Assembly: GCA_030390025.1 (NCBI GenBank)
Contig: CM059433.1
Location: 3,100,001-3,164,000, forward strand
Length of the DNA stretch: 64,000 nucleotides
Reading direction: 5' to 3'
From: Squalus acanthias
Taxonomy: Eukaryota
Shown: piece after piece, positions 48,166 to 59,310 of the stretch
Numbering within the stretch: position 1 is the first letter of the stretch
How the letters are laid out: each line of letters starts with the position of its first letter
Notes under the pieces: generated by a model
Told to the model about the DNA's origin: nothing
Database searches by the model: none
Seen by the model: only the letters and a program-made list of their open reading frames with translations
Made by a program: the position numbers and the translations under genes

Positions 48166-50517
48166 ATGGAACGAATTCTAGTATTGCTCGTGGCAATCGG
48201 ATGTGGATTGGCCTATCGAGGCCACACCAAGGATGTCGTGGTGTTTGGATGTTCCGGGGACACGGCCCCCATCGCGGTGGATGGGACCGGAAGACGGAAG
48301 GCAGAGGGGACCAGCACCTATTTCCACAAGGGAAGGTGGCCAGGATGGCTGGGAACGAACTCAATGGAGTATTCCAGCACATCGGGGTTTGCCTACAAAG
48401 AGACTTCTTTACTGTGCCCCAAAGTAAGGATCATCGCACCCAGGATCAGCGTCACCGTCGGCAAACGGATTTGTTTGACCTGTAGTGGGAATGTCCCATT
48501 GAGCCGATGGTGGTGGCTGCGAAAGCTGAGCAAAACTATGAGAAACTCTTCGGTCGAGTGGGAACGACTGGGTAATAATACCCATCGGACAATTACGGGG
48601 ACAGACGGACGAGTGAAAGTCTGTTGGGACAAATGGTGGGAACCGGATGAGGGGATTTATGTATGTATGTGGGGGTCAAAGTACGTTTGCCCCAAAGGCA
48701 TCTCCATATTTTTTATTAATCAATGGCAGGATAACGGACAGGGGATGAGGTGGGATGCGAGCACCAGGGGGTGCGGAGCCCCATTCTCCCCGATCCCAGT
48801 AAATGCCACTGAGCTCATTACGCGCCCACGCAAAGCCCCGCCCACGATTCCGGTGGTTCTAGCTGAGGAAGAAGGGTGCCCTAAAACTAGTAAGGGACCC
48901 GGGAACGGTTTGGTACTGGTCCCCACAGACCAGATACTATTTCAGGGGGTACATTACGCGGTGGCCTCGGTGATTTTAAATCTCACTGAGGTGCGGTTAC
49001 CAGAGTGGTGCCCCAAAAAGACGGAACAGTTGTATCAGGTCCTGTTGACCAAGATGTTCAGACAATTTTACGAGTTTGATTTTGCAGAAATTGATAAGAC
49101 AAGTTTGTACACCGCACCGCAGGAAGTTTTGGATCAAGTAGGGAGGCAAAGAAGGGGTTTGGTGAACGATGCGTTCACTGCGTTTAACACAGGGACATCT
49201 GTGGTCAACGCTCTAGACAGTGTGGAGCTGCAGACCCAGATTAATGGTTTAAAAACACAGTTAAAAGACATTCTAACAGATGAGAATAAAGTGGTAGGGT
49301 CAGGTCTACACGAGGACCAAGCCATGACTCTCCATTTAAAGGAAATTATAGCAGAGCTGGAGAAACATGCGCGTACGGTAAATGCCCTGATCAGGGAAGA
49401 TCGGAATGCATCCGATCAAGCTGCGCAGAACGAGGTGTGCGTGCTTTACGGGGCGTGGTTACTGGGCGAGGGCCGCAGTAATTTGGAGGATTTAAAACAA
49501 GGTTTGGTTCCGTCCTGGATAAGTAACAAACACCTGCGGGCGCTCCACCCTTTTCAGAACGCATTAAGTCCGTGCCAGCTCAGGCTAGCTTCAGAAGCTT
49601 ACCCAGTCCCCGTGGACTGCGGACGTTCAAACCATACTATTATGGGAATAGTATTACGCATGCCGGTTTTGGGCAACACAGCAAAGCCCGCCCCGGTGTA
49701 TCGGGTAGAGAACATTGGTGTCATTCAGGGGGGAGCCCACATTCGTTATGCAGCAGTTCCACCTTACGTCATCCGCTGGGAGCAAACGATGACAGGTACA
49801 GATCTCTCTGGTTGTCGTGGCAGGGGAGCACACATAATACTGTGCCCCCAGCACTTGAATGCCTTTTTAACACCACAGTGCGGGTTCAGAACGGCTGGCG
49901 CCAAGTCCATGAATTGCACCATGGAGGCAATGGCACAAGATCATGTGCCTCCGCAGGTAGCATACATCGGGGGTGGAACATATTGTGTTACCACTGCAGC
50001 GCAACACTACCAGCATGGAAACCGTGGCCGGTGTCCGGTGAGTGACAGCAGTTTCTGTTTTAAACCCAGGGCTGAAGTTCAAGTAGCACAACAGCGAATT
50101 ATCCCAATCCCTGAACCATCCACTGTTCATCTCACAGTAAAGGAGAATTTCACCGACTTGCAGCGATTTGTCGCGCATTTTGGATACCTCATTCCCCCTC
50201 TCCCTGAGCATTTAACCAAACTTCTGAAAGCCGTCGCGGTATCACAGAAACATTTTTATACATTAGAGCAGAAAACTGTCGAAATAGGAACAGACATTCT
50301 GGACATAGTGGTTCCACCGTGGTGGAATCTGTTCACGAATATTGAAGTGCCTTCATGGATCAGAATAGCCTCCCACATTTTAGTCGTCTGTCAAGTGTTT
50401 ATTGTAGTGTACCTATTGGTCATACATTGTAAAAGAGACAAGCGCCTCACCAAGCATGAAAACACGGGAGAGTGGCGAGAACGTTACGTGCGCGTGCACG
50501 ATGAGAGCACCGTGTAA
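48166..50517 (+). CDS. env: Env-like class-I fusion glycoprotein with N-terminal Ig-like domain, 783 aa
   Basis: Signal peptide MERILVLLVAIGCGLA from aggATGG; Ig pattern C...WWW...DEGIYVC; furin site RQRR|GLVND (49144-49155); heptad repeat; Cys-rich block; TM near 50356-50430; several NxS/T sites. Confidence 0.9.
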   Translation: MERILVLLVAIGCGLAYRGHTKDVVVFGCSGDTAPIAVDGTGRRKAEGTSTYFHKGRWPGWLGTNSMEYSSTSGFAYKETSLLCPKVRIIAPRISVTVGKRICLTCSGNVPLSRWWWLRKLSKTMRNSSVEWERLGNNTHRTITGTDGRVKVCWDKWWEPDEGIYVCMWGSKYVCPKGISIFFINQWQDNGQGMRWDASTRGCGAPFSPIPVNATELITRPRKAPPTIPVVLAEEEGCPKTSKGPGNGLVLVPTDQILFQGVHYAVASVILNLTEVRLPEWCPKKTEQLYQVLLTKMFRQFYEFDFAEIDKTSLYTAPQEVLDQVGRQRRGLVNDAFTAFNTGTSVVNALDSVELQTQINGLKTQLKDILTDENKVVGSGLHEDQAMTLHLKEIIAELEKHARTVNALIREDRNASDQAAQNEVCVLYGAWLLGEGRSNLEDLKQGLVPSWISNKHLRALHPFQNALSPCQLRLASEAYPVPVDCGRSNHTIMGIVLRMPVLGNTAKPAPVYRVENIGVIQGGAHIRYAAVPPYVIRWEQTMTGTDLSGCRGRGAHIILCPQHLNAFLTPQCGFRTAGAKSMNCTMEAMAQDHVPPQVAYIGGGTYCVTTAAQHYQHGNRGRCPVSDSSFCFKPRAEVQVAQQRIIPIPEPSTVHLTVKENFTDLQRFVAHFGYLIPPLPEHLTKLLKAVAVSQKHFYTLEQKTVEIGTDILDIVVPPWWNLFTNIEVPSWIRIASHILVVCQVFIVVYLLVIHCKRDKRLTKHENTGEWRERYVRVHDESTV

Positions 50518-50932
50518 TCGGAAAATGGCGTCACTCCCGCTCGCCGCGTGCGCCGCGGAAGTTTGTACTCATTGTAAATACGTTGGAAACTCGACATGTT
50601 TTAAGAGTTGGGGTGTGATTATTTTGGTGATGGTGTTGATTGTTTGGTTTTGGGTTTTGTTTTTTCCTTTCCCTGAATAAAAGACAAATATACAGGTGAT
50701 GCGTGAGGTATCGGCCTGGTTACGCCGGGAAGGAAAACAAGTGGTGTAAGTTTAAGGGCAAATAATGCCTACGGTGATATAAAATGTGATTTTCTTGGGA
50801 AATAAGGACGACACAGAGACCCTAGCTAAGTTAAAAATTATGGGATTAATTTACTGGATTCGGAGAGAAATCGAGATAATATTGCTCACCACTATGATTT
50901 TTGATACGATAAGCGGAGTTATTCGCATCAAC

Positions 50933-50941
50933 AGGAGGGAC
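50933..50941 (+). promoter_or_regulatory. Polypurine tract
   Basis: AGGAGGGAC directly before the 3' LTR; identical tract in the decayed relative at 37228-37236 (-). Confidence 0.85.
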
Positions 50942-52665
50942 TGTAGAATTCGCAATATATCGCGATTTGATTAATGAGGAGAAAACACAAAGTTTCGTTC
51001 AAACAGCTTTTATTTCAGCAGAATGCTGGCAGGTTTAAATTGGACACAAGCAGCCTGTAAAATGGCCGCCGCACCTCGTGACAGAACATTCTAGACTTTT
51101 CAACAGGCAGACAAGATGGCGTTCCATTAAACATTTGTGCAAGATCGATAACGATTCAGCACAGTGAAGATAATACACGAGACATTATGGGTTTGCAGTA
51201 TAAACATAGATACTGGAATCGGTCTCCCAGGTACAAAGGAAAGCCATTGTACCGAGTACTCAAGGGCCCATCCAAAAGACATTAATATGTAAACTCCCAA
51301 CAACTCTACGATGAGAGAGCCGTTAGCAGGTAGTTATACAGGACACTTGGAAGCCCCAAACCCCTCCAGGGAGAACACCGACCGATTTAACAATGGGAGA
51401 AATATTAACAGGTACTCAAACATTCATGAGTAGCCCCGAAACCCATTAAGAACGGAGATCACCCATACAAGACATTTGGGCGCCAAACCCTAAACAAAAG
51501 AATGGACATTATAGTTGGGCGGGAAACGGAAGATTTTTGCACTATAATTGCAGGCTCCAAACCGTCCATTCTCTCTCTTGCTCTTGCTCCTGCGTTCGCT
51601 CGCTTGCTCCTGTGTTTTATCCGGTCGATTCGTAACCTCGTGGCTGCTCCTGTGTACTCGTAGTTGGGCTTCTGCTTGCCTGTTGCCTCTTCTGAAAAGA
51701 CTGTTGAACTTTCTGATCCGTTCGGATCTACCTCGTGTCGCGTAACGAAGACCTATGTTGGTAACTGGCAGCGGAACCAAAGGCCCGAGATGAGATGAGA
51801 TGAGATGAGATGAGAGGAGAAGAGAAGAAGACCATATCCATCGCCATGGTCAGTAAATCCCGACCGCGCCTGTAGGTCGATCAGCCAAGTTTCTCGCCAG
51901 GAAGTTTTCTTTAAACTTCTAACAAAACATATTGCATCGACGATAACGGGACTGTGTCTAAGGAGGTTGGAACGTGAAAACACATCGTATCGATGATATT
52001 GACAACGGTGCTCCAAGAGTACCTGTTAAACCAACCAACACAGGTCTTCATCACAGCAGACGGTCCAGCCTACTAGCCGAAGCAGCAGAAGCAAGTAAAC
52101 AAGTGGGACCAGGAGATCTCCTGACCGACACGTGGGTGCTGCGGTGAAAAACATCCGATCAGCTATTCGGAATTTCTCCGAGTTATCACGAGTGGTGAGC
52201 ATGAGTCTCGAGATCCTACGAAGCTAGTTTAGGATAGATATTGATAGGGGAGGGTTTAAAGATTAAGGATATTTGTAATGTGTGCCCCTATTTACGTTGT
52301 GCCGTTCGTTCCTCGTTTCCCTAAGATCGACTATATAACTGTTTGTAAGATTGTACTGTCATTAATCTGTGCTTATGACATGTATTTCATAATTTTAAGT
52401 ATCATGCAATAAAGATTTTTCCATTTCGTACCATTCAAACCAAGTCTACATGAGTTTTATCTCCATTACTGCTCTCGCATCTAAGTCCAGTGTCTAGAAC
52501 CGTAAGGGAGAGTGATTCGAACCACTCACAGGTGTGTCTAGTGTTCCCAGACTGGCTGGAGACCAGAACAGGCAACCAGGCCTAGACCCGCACTGACATA
52601 CAGGCTGCACAGAGCCGCGTGAATCTCACAGGCTGCGAGACACGCAGGGTCAGGAATCCCTTACA
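50942..52665 (+). repeat. 3' LTR (1724 bp)
   Basis: Matches the 5' LTR except two CpG transitions I could find (43531G/51302A, 44076C/51847T). Confidence 0.97.
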
Positions 52666-53440
52666 GATCCACGGCGCGGGGGGGTGGGGTGGGCTCCAAT
52701 CCCAGGGGGCATCCGATCTCCGGCCCTGGGGGCCTTTGTATGGGGGTGGGTCTGATGGTGGGGGAGCTTGGGGGGGGACAGGGGGAAGCACTCCTGCTCC
52801 TCCTAACCCACAAGCAGTGCTGTAACGGCACTTACCTTCTCCCCAAAGCTGTCCTCGCCTTGCTTCAGCTGTCGGGTTTCCCGCAGCCTGGGAAACCGGC
52901 CACCTACAGTAAAACCAGCAAAGCCGGTTAAATCAGAGGCTTCCAGCTCCCTTAACATATTTAAAATGCCAGCCCACCTCCTGGGAGCGGATTGGCTGTC
53001 CGTCCCTTGTCCCACCTCCAGAAAACCCGAAGTCGGGGGATTGGAGCCGGTTTCCCGACACGCTCGGAATTTTTCCCCATTTAACACCCCGCCCTGCCTG
53101 CACCCAATCCCACCCGCTCACCCATGATAAAATTACCCGCAATGTGCCAACTGTGCTCTTTTTTCATGGGGTTTCATGAAACCCTTAAATAGCCTTTAGG
53201 AGTTTTTTTTGTCATAATGTTGTCAGTGGCGTTATTGTATAAATTTTTCATTAGTCATTTTTTCATATTCCTGAAATGTTTATGAATTTACTAATTTGGT
53301 GCCCATACTTTTCATTCCTTAAGGTGGTACAAGATGAACGAGGCATAATTGGGCAATCAGCAGGGCCCAGATCATTCTGTAGTCCATAGCATACTGACCT
53401 GCCAATGAACAGGACAATTGCCTCCGCTTGGACAGAACTC

Positions 53441-55030
53441 GGGGCTAGAGATTCGTGGCCTTAGCGCCACTCTGAAGCGGCATTCAATGGCGCTAAAACG
53501 GCAGCGGCCATTCTTTCGCCAGCTGCCGGCGGTTCCTGCGGTGGCCGCCGTTTTTGTCCTTACCTTTGCGCTGCCGGTAACTGGCAGCGCCATGCTAGAG
53601 AAAATTGCGGCGTTGTGACGTAAATCGGCGTGCAACGCTGACTTTACGTCACAAGTGCAAACTCTGACCCTGGAGCTGAATTCAGCGCTGGGTCCTAAGC
53701 CGGCTGACAGCGGTGATGTCTGCACCTCTTAAAGGGACAGACACATCGTTCAGGTAAGTTTGGATTTTATGAACTGTTTTTTTTATTTTATTGAACTGGT
53801 GGCTTGCTGTAATAGATGTGAAAAGTTTTTTAAGTGTGTAGGGAGTGCTGCTGAACGCTTGCAAGGGCTCAGATTGTAAATGAAGGCCTTTGAGAAGACA
53901 GAACATGCTGCAAATACTCAGCAGGTCAGGCAACATCCGTGGAGAGAAAAACAGAGTTCATGTCTCAGGTTGAGAAGCTGACTGACCAGTTGCGTACTTC
54001 CAGGATTTTATGCTGTCATTTCACATTAACAGCATCCGCTTGCAGAGGGAAGAGGAGGAAGCAGAAGTGGAGGGATCAGGCGGAAGGATGCATTCCAAAC
54101 AGCCCCTTTGTGGCCGGGATATCCAGGATGGAATCATCCGCCTGCAGTCTCAGTGACCACAACCCCAATCCCCCTTTCAACATTAGTCCCACACCTTACC
54201 TTCTCTCTGTTACTGACCATCACAACATCCTCTTGGCCACAATGCTGAAATAAAAGTCACCACAAAGCAAATTTTCCAATCCATCTATATACGCCTATAC
54301 ATCCAATGTGACATCAAGATATCAACTCATCACCCATATGCATTCTCTTAGTGAGTGTCTTGTGTGTGTCTTTGCCTATCCTACTGATGTCACGCAAGTT
54401 ACCCCAGTGGCTGCAGCATGGCTGGTGGAAGGCTGCTGACTTTCAGTAGGGGACACTGCAAATGGCCTTACTGGTTGACCTTGAGGAGCTGGTGGCTAGG
54501 AATGTCAAATCAATCTTCTTCTGTTCTTGTTCTTCTTCACTCTCCTCTCCCTCTTCTTGGTCACCCACGGGCTGGGCAGGTTGAATTTCTTGTGTGTGTG
54601 AAATGAGGAAGGCACAAGGGTGGAGTTGTGGTGAGGGGAGGGCGGGAAAGCAAGAGGTGCATGTCAGAAGGAGGATACTGTGTGAGGATACCAGCATCAT
54701 GTATCCTTTCAGCTCAAGGGCTCAGCCATGCCCCTGCCAAGAATGGCCAGCATCGTCTCCTCCAGAGGGGTGAGGTGAGGCTAGAAATGGGAGATGTGCC
54801 TCGTGATTGGTGCAGATTGTTGGTAGGTGAGTGATTGAGGGGGAGTCATGCATTGAGCAGTGTGTGAGGCTTGTGGTGCAGTTGGTAGGAGACGGCTTTT
54901 GAAGATGCGTTCACTGACCTTGACCAGTGGTCTGAGGTCATGAAGCTTCTTTGGGCACTGGATCCAGGGGGGTCAGGGCGATACTGCTGGCAGTGATGGC
55001 TTCGGTGATGTGGTCCCACATCCTTCTTTC
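53441..55030. mobile_element. Decayed Harbinger-related sequence (TIR-like start, transposase C-terminal remnant, Myb/SANT remnant on minus)
   Basis: GGGGCTAGAGATTC start; acidic stretch near 54040-54140; minus-strand WIQCPKKLHDL near 54930-54965. Confidence 0.5.
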
Positions 55031-55170
55031 TGGAGGGCCCCAAGAATTTGGAGCCTTTCAAAGGGAGACCAGCAGGATGGAGGAACCCTATGGATGTTTC
55101 TAACACTGCATCAGACGAGGAAGTCAAACAGCATCCACGGCTGCGACAACGTGCTGTGGTGGGATCAGCA

Positions 55171-57160
55171 GGTGTACAGGAGAGAGGGGCACAGGGAGAG
55201 GGGCACAGGGGAGAGGGGCACAGGAGAGAGGGGCACAGGGGAGAGGGGCACAGGAGGAGGGGCACAGGAGAGAGGGGCACAGGAGAGAGGGGCACAGGAG
55301 AGAGGGGCACAGGAGAGAGGGGCACAGGAGGGAGGGGCACAGGAGAGAGGGGCACAGGAGAGGGGCACAGGAGAGAGGGGCACAGGAGGGAGGGGCACAG
55401 GAGAGAGGGGCACAGGAGAGAGGTGCACAGGAGGGAGGGGCACAGGAGAGAGGGGCACAGGAGGGAGGGGCACAGGAGAGAGGGGCACAGGAGAGAGGGG
55501 CACAGGAGAGGGGCACAGGAGAGGGGCACAGGAGAGAGGGGCACAGGAGGGAGGGGCACAGGAGAGGGGCACAGGAGAGGGGCACAGGAGAGAGGGGCAC
55601 AGGAGGGAGGGGCACAGGAGGGAGGGGCACAGGAGGGAGGGGCGCAGGAGAGAGGGGCACAGGAGGGAGGGGCACAGGAGAGAGGGGCACAGGAGAGGGG
55701 CACAGGAGAGGGGCACAGGAGAGAGGGGCACAGGAGAGAGGGGCACAGGAGGGAGGTGCACAGGAGAGAGGCACAGGAGAGGGGCACAGGAGAGAGGGGC
55801 ACAGGAGGGAGGGGCACAGGAGGGAGGTGCACAGGAGAGAGGGGTACAGGAGAGAGGGGCACAGGAGAGGGGCACAGGAGGAAGGTGCACAGGAGAGAGG
55901 GGTACAGGAGAGAGGCACAGGAGAGAGGGGCACAGGAGAGGGGCACAGGAGAGAGGGGCACAGGAGGGAGGGGCACAGGAGAGAGGCGCAGGAGGGAGGG
56001 GCACAGGAGAGGGGGGCACAGGAGGGAGGTGCACAGGAGAGAGGGGTACAGGAGAGAGGCACAGGAGAGAGGGGCACAGGAGAGGGGCACAGGAGAGAGG
56101 GGCACAGGAGAGAGGGGCACAGGAGAGAGGGGCACAGGAGGGAGGGGCACAGGAGATAGGGGCACAGGAGAGAGGGGCACAGGAGAGAGGGGCGCAGGGG
56201 AGAGGTTCACAGGAGAGAGGTTCACAGGAGAGAGGGGCTCAGGGGAGAGGGGCGCAGGGGAGAGGGGCGCAGGGGAGAGGGGCACAGGAGAGAGGGGCAC
56301 AGGAGAGAGGTGCACAGGAGAGAGGGGCACAGGAGAGAGGTGCATAGGAGAGAGGTGCATAGGAGAGAGGGGCACAGGGGAGAGGAGTGCAGGGGAGAGG
56401 GGCGCAGGGGAGAGGGGCTCAGGGGAGAGGGGCGCAGGGGAGAGGGGCGCAGGGGAGAGGGGCGCAGGGGAGAGGGGCACAGGAGGGAGGGCACAGGAGA
56501 GAGGGGCACAGGAGAGAGGGGCGCAGGAGAGAGGGGCGCAGGGGAGAGGGGCACAGGAGGGAGGGGCGCAGGAGAGAGGGGCACAGGGGAGAGGGGCACA
56601 GGAGGGAGGGCACAGGAGAGAGGGGCACAGGAGGGAGGGCACAGGAGAGAGGAGCGCAGGGGAGAGGGGCGCAGGGGAGAGGGGCACAGGAGAGAGGGGC
56701 ACAGGAGGGTGGGCACAGGGGAGAGGGGCGCAGGGGAGAGGGGCGCAGGGGAGAGGGCACAGGGGAGAGGGGCGCAGGGGAGAGGGGCGCAGGGGAGAGG
56801 GGCGCAGGGGAGAGGGGCGCAGGGGAGAGGGGCGCAGGGGAGAGGGCACAGGGGAGAGGGGCGCAGGGGAGAGGGGCGCAGGGGAGAGGGGCGCAGGGGA
56901 GAGGGGCGCAGGGGAGAGGGGCGCAGGGGAGAGGGGCGCAGGGGAGAGGGGCGCAGGAGAGAGGAGCGCAGGGGAGAGGGGCGCAGGGGAGAGGGGCACA
57001 GGAGAGAGGGGCACAGGAGAGAGGGCACAGGAGGGAGGGGCACAGGAGAGGGGCACAGGGAGAGGGGCGCAGGAGAGAGGGGCACAGGAGGGAGGGGCAC
57101 AGGGGAGGGGCGCAGGGGAGAGGGGCGCAGGAGAGAGGGGCACAGGAGGGAGGTGCACAA
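55171..57160. repeat. G-rich 15-bp minisatellite (GGGGCACAGGAGAGA variants), roughly 130 units
   Basis: Direct reading; occasional 13- and 14-nt units. Confidence 0.97.
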
Positions 57161-58237
57161 GAGGAGGGGGGCAATGAAAGGTGTAGGTTTATAGGAGGAC
57201 TTGGCACAGGTGAGCAGCAAATGTAGAATTTTTCAACAGGCTACACTTGGGGCATATGCCATCTACCTAGTACATGTCACTGTTGGTTAGTCTTACTTTG
57301 TTCGATTCCTTGAAGTGTGTCGTCTTCTCACACATCTGTTTCCAGGTCTGCAGGTACTGCAGACAGTCTAGCTGGCATTTCATGTCAAGCATGGTATACT
57401 GATCTCTATGGAGGGTGTGCTGCAGTGCTAAACAGGGCAAGCCTCCTCATAAGAGTGTCATGCAGGAGAATGTTCCCTTCGCCAGACATCAAACAGGGGC
57501 TTGGGGAGGCACTGCTCTGACTTTTGACCACAGACTCCATTTCATGCCTCTACATTGCATTGTCTGTCCTTTTGACTTCACCTGTCTGTCCTTCTCCCTC
57601 CCGCATAAGAGCGTTCCAAAGTCTGTAAACTGCTCTGATAATGACCTGTCCTTTGTGCAGCATCGGTGTTCTTGTATATGAGCTTATCAGCATTACTGGG
57701 GGGATTTTAACCCCCAACAACGGGTGGCTTGTGCTTAGGTGGGTAATAAAAATACAAGAAAATTCAAGCGTGACTGCAACCCATCTCCAACGTGTCCACT
57801 TCCAGGTTTTACAGAGGCTCGTTTAGCCGCGGGCGAGTAACCTGTTCGATCATTAGCACAGGTGAGTCGATAATTAACCCAGCCTTCAACATCATAATTA
57901 GATGGAAAAAACGGGAAGTTCAATTGATTTAAACAATCTTTTGAAGTTAATGCCTTGAGCAAAAGGAGGCGAGATTGAGGTTCACTTCATGGGGGTGCTG
58001 AAAGTTCAGATTGCCCAATCTCGATAAAAGCTCAGTTCTTACAGTTGCTTTGTCAGCTCCCTCTGGCAAACATTGAGCAGTGAGCTCTTGTCAGCAGAGA
58101 GGCTTTTTGAGAAGTTTGAAACCTTTCAAAGGGACACCAGCAGGATGGGAGGTGCCATGGATGTTTTTAACACTACAACAGACGAGGAAGTCAAACACCA
58201 TCCACGGCAGTGACGGCGTGTTGTGGTGGGATCAGCA

Positions 58238-58774
58238 GGTGCACAGGAGAGAGGGGCACAGGAGAGAGGGGCACAGGAGAGAGGGTCACAGGAGGGAGGG
58301 GCGCAGGAGAGAGGGTCACAGGAGGGAGGGGCACAGGAGAGAGGGTCACAGGAGGGAGGGGCGCAGGAGAGAGGGGCACAGGAGAGAGGGGCACAGGAGG
58401 GAGGGGCACAGGAGGGAGGGGCACAGGAGAGAGGGGCACAGGAGGGAGGGGCACAGGAGAGAGGGGCACAGGAGAGAGGGGCACAGGAGGGAGGGGCACA
58501 GGAGAGAGGGGCGCAGGAGGGAGGGGCACAGGAGAGAGGGGCAGAGGATGGAGGGGCACAGGAGAGAGGGGCACAGGAGGGAGGGGTACAGGAGAGAGGG
58601 GCGCAGGAGAGGGGCACAGGAGGGGCACAGGAGAGAGGGGCACAGGAGAGAGGGGCACAGGAGGGAGGGGCACAGGAGAGAGGGGCACAGGAGAGAGGGG
58701 CAGAGGATGGAGGGGCACAGGAGAGAGGGGCACAGGAGGGAGGGGCACAGGAGGGAGGGGGCACAGGAGAGAGG
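58238..58774. repeat. Second array of the same 15-bp minisatellite, roughly 36 units
   Basis: Direct reading; same 5' flank as the 55171 array. Confidence 0.97.
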
Positions 58775-59310
58775 AGATCAACAGAGTGGCCGAGTTCGCA
58801 GGAGGCTCTACCCACGTAACAAGGTTAAACTGACAGAGGCTCAGCCTCCTTGACCTCTCAGAAGAGCAGTGGTACCGCAGGCTGAGATTGTCATCTCAGG
58901 TGGTCGCAGACATCTGTAGCCTCCTAGAAGAAGACCTGCTCCCTGCTGGACCTGGGGGCCACACATTACCAGGCGGTTAAACTCAGTGCAGCCCTCAATT
59001 TCTTTGCTTCTGCTTCCTTAAGGCACTACCGGGACATCTCGAGGGTCTTGTGGTCCGGTGGACATAAATGCATGAGGCAGGTGAACGAATGGATTGTTTG
59101 CCAGGACTGGGAGTTGTGTAAACTTCCCCTGTGCTGACAATAGCCAGAATGAGCGGACACTCGCACTCGCCTCTCTGGCTGTCTTCCCACAGATACAGGG
59201 TGCCAGCAATTGCACACACATAGCAATCCGAGGACCACCATAGCAACCAAAAGTTTTTATCAACTGCCAGGGATATTCGTCCGTCAATGCGCAGCTGGTG
59301 TGCAATCACA

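Larger units (their letters stand above)
43171..52665 (+). mobile_element. Young pol-less endogenous retrovirus-like element (LTR-PBS-gag-readthrough ORF-env-PPT-LTR)
   Basis: Two 1724-bp LTRs; TSD GATC at 43167-43170 and 52666-52669; PBS, PPT, intact gag and env; no PR, RT, RH or IN motifs in the 6047-bp interior. Confidence 0.95.
43037..53140. mobile_element. Harbinger-type MITE (43037-43170 plus 52666-53140) that hosts the retrovirus-like insertion
   Basis: Ends GGGCTGGATATTTCC / TAAAATTACCCGC; body shares GAAGCACTCCT...CCCACAAGCAGTGCTG with 32389-33205; flanks AAC/AAT. Confidence 0.7.

Noticed and set aside
55171..57160. Regular repeat array as a possible CRISPR
   Set aside because: No unique spacers, no cas genes, eukaryotic context.
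54846..58853. Many long ORFs (up to 770 aa) on both strands
   Set aside because: Translations of the stop-free 15-bp minisatellite; open in most frames at once.
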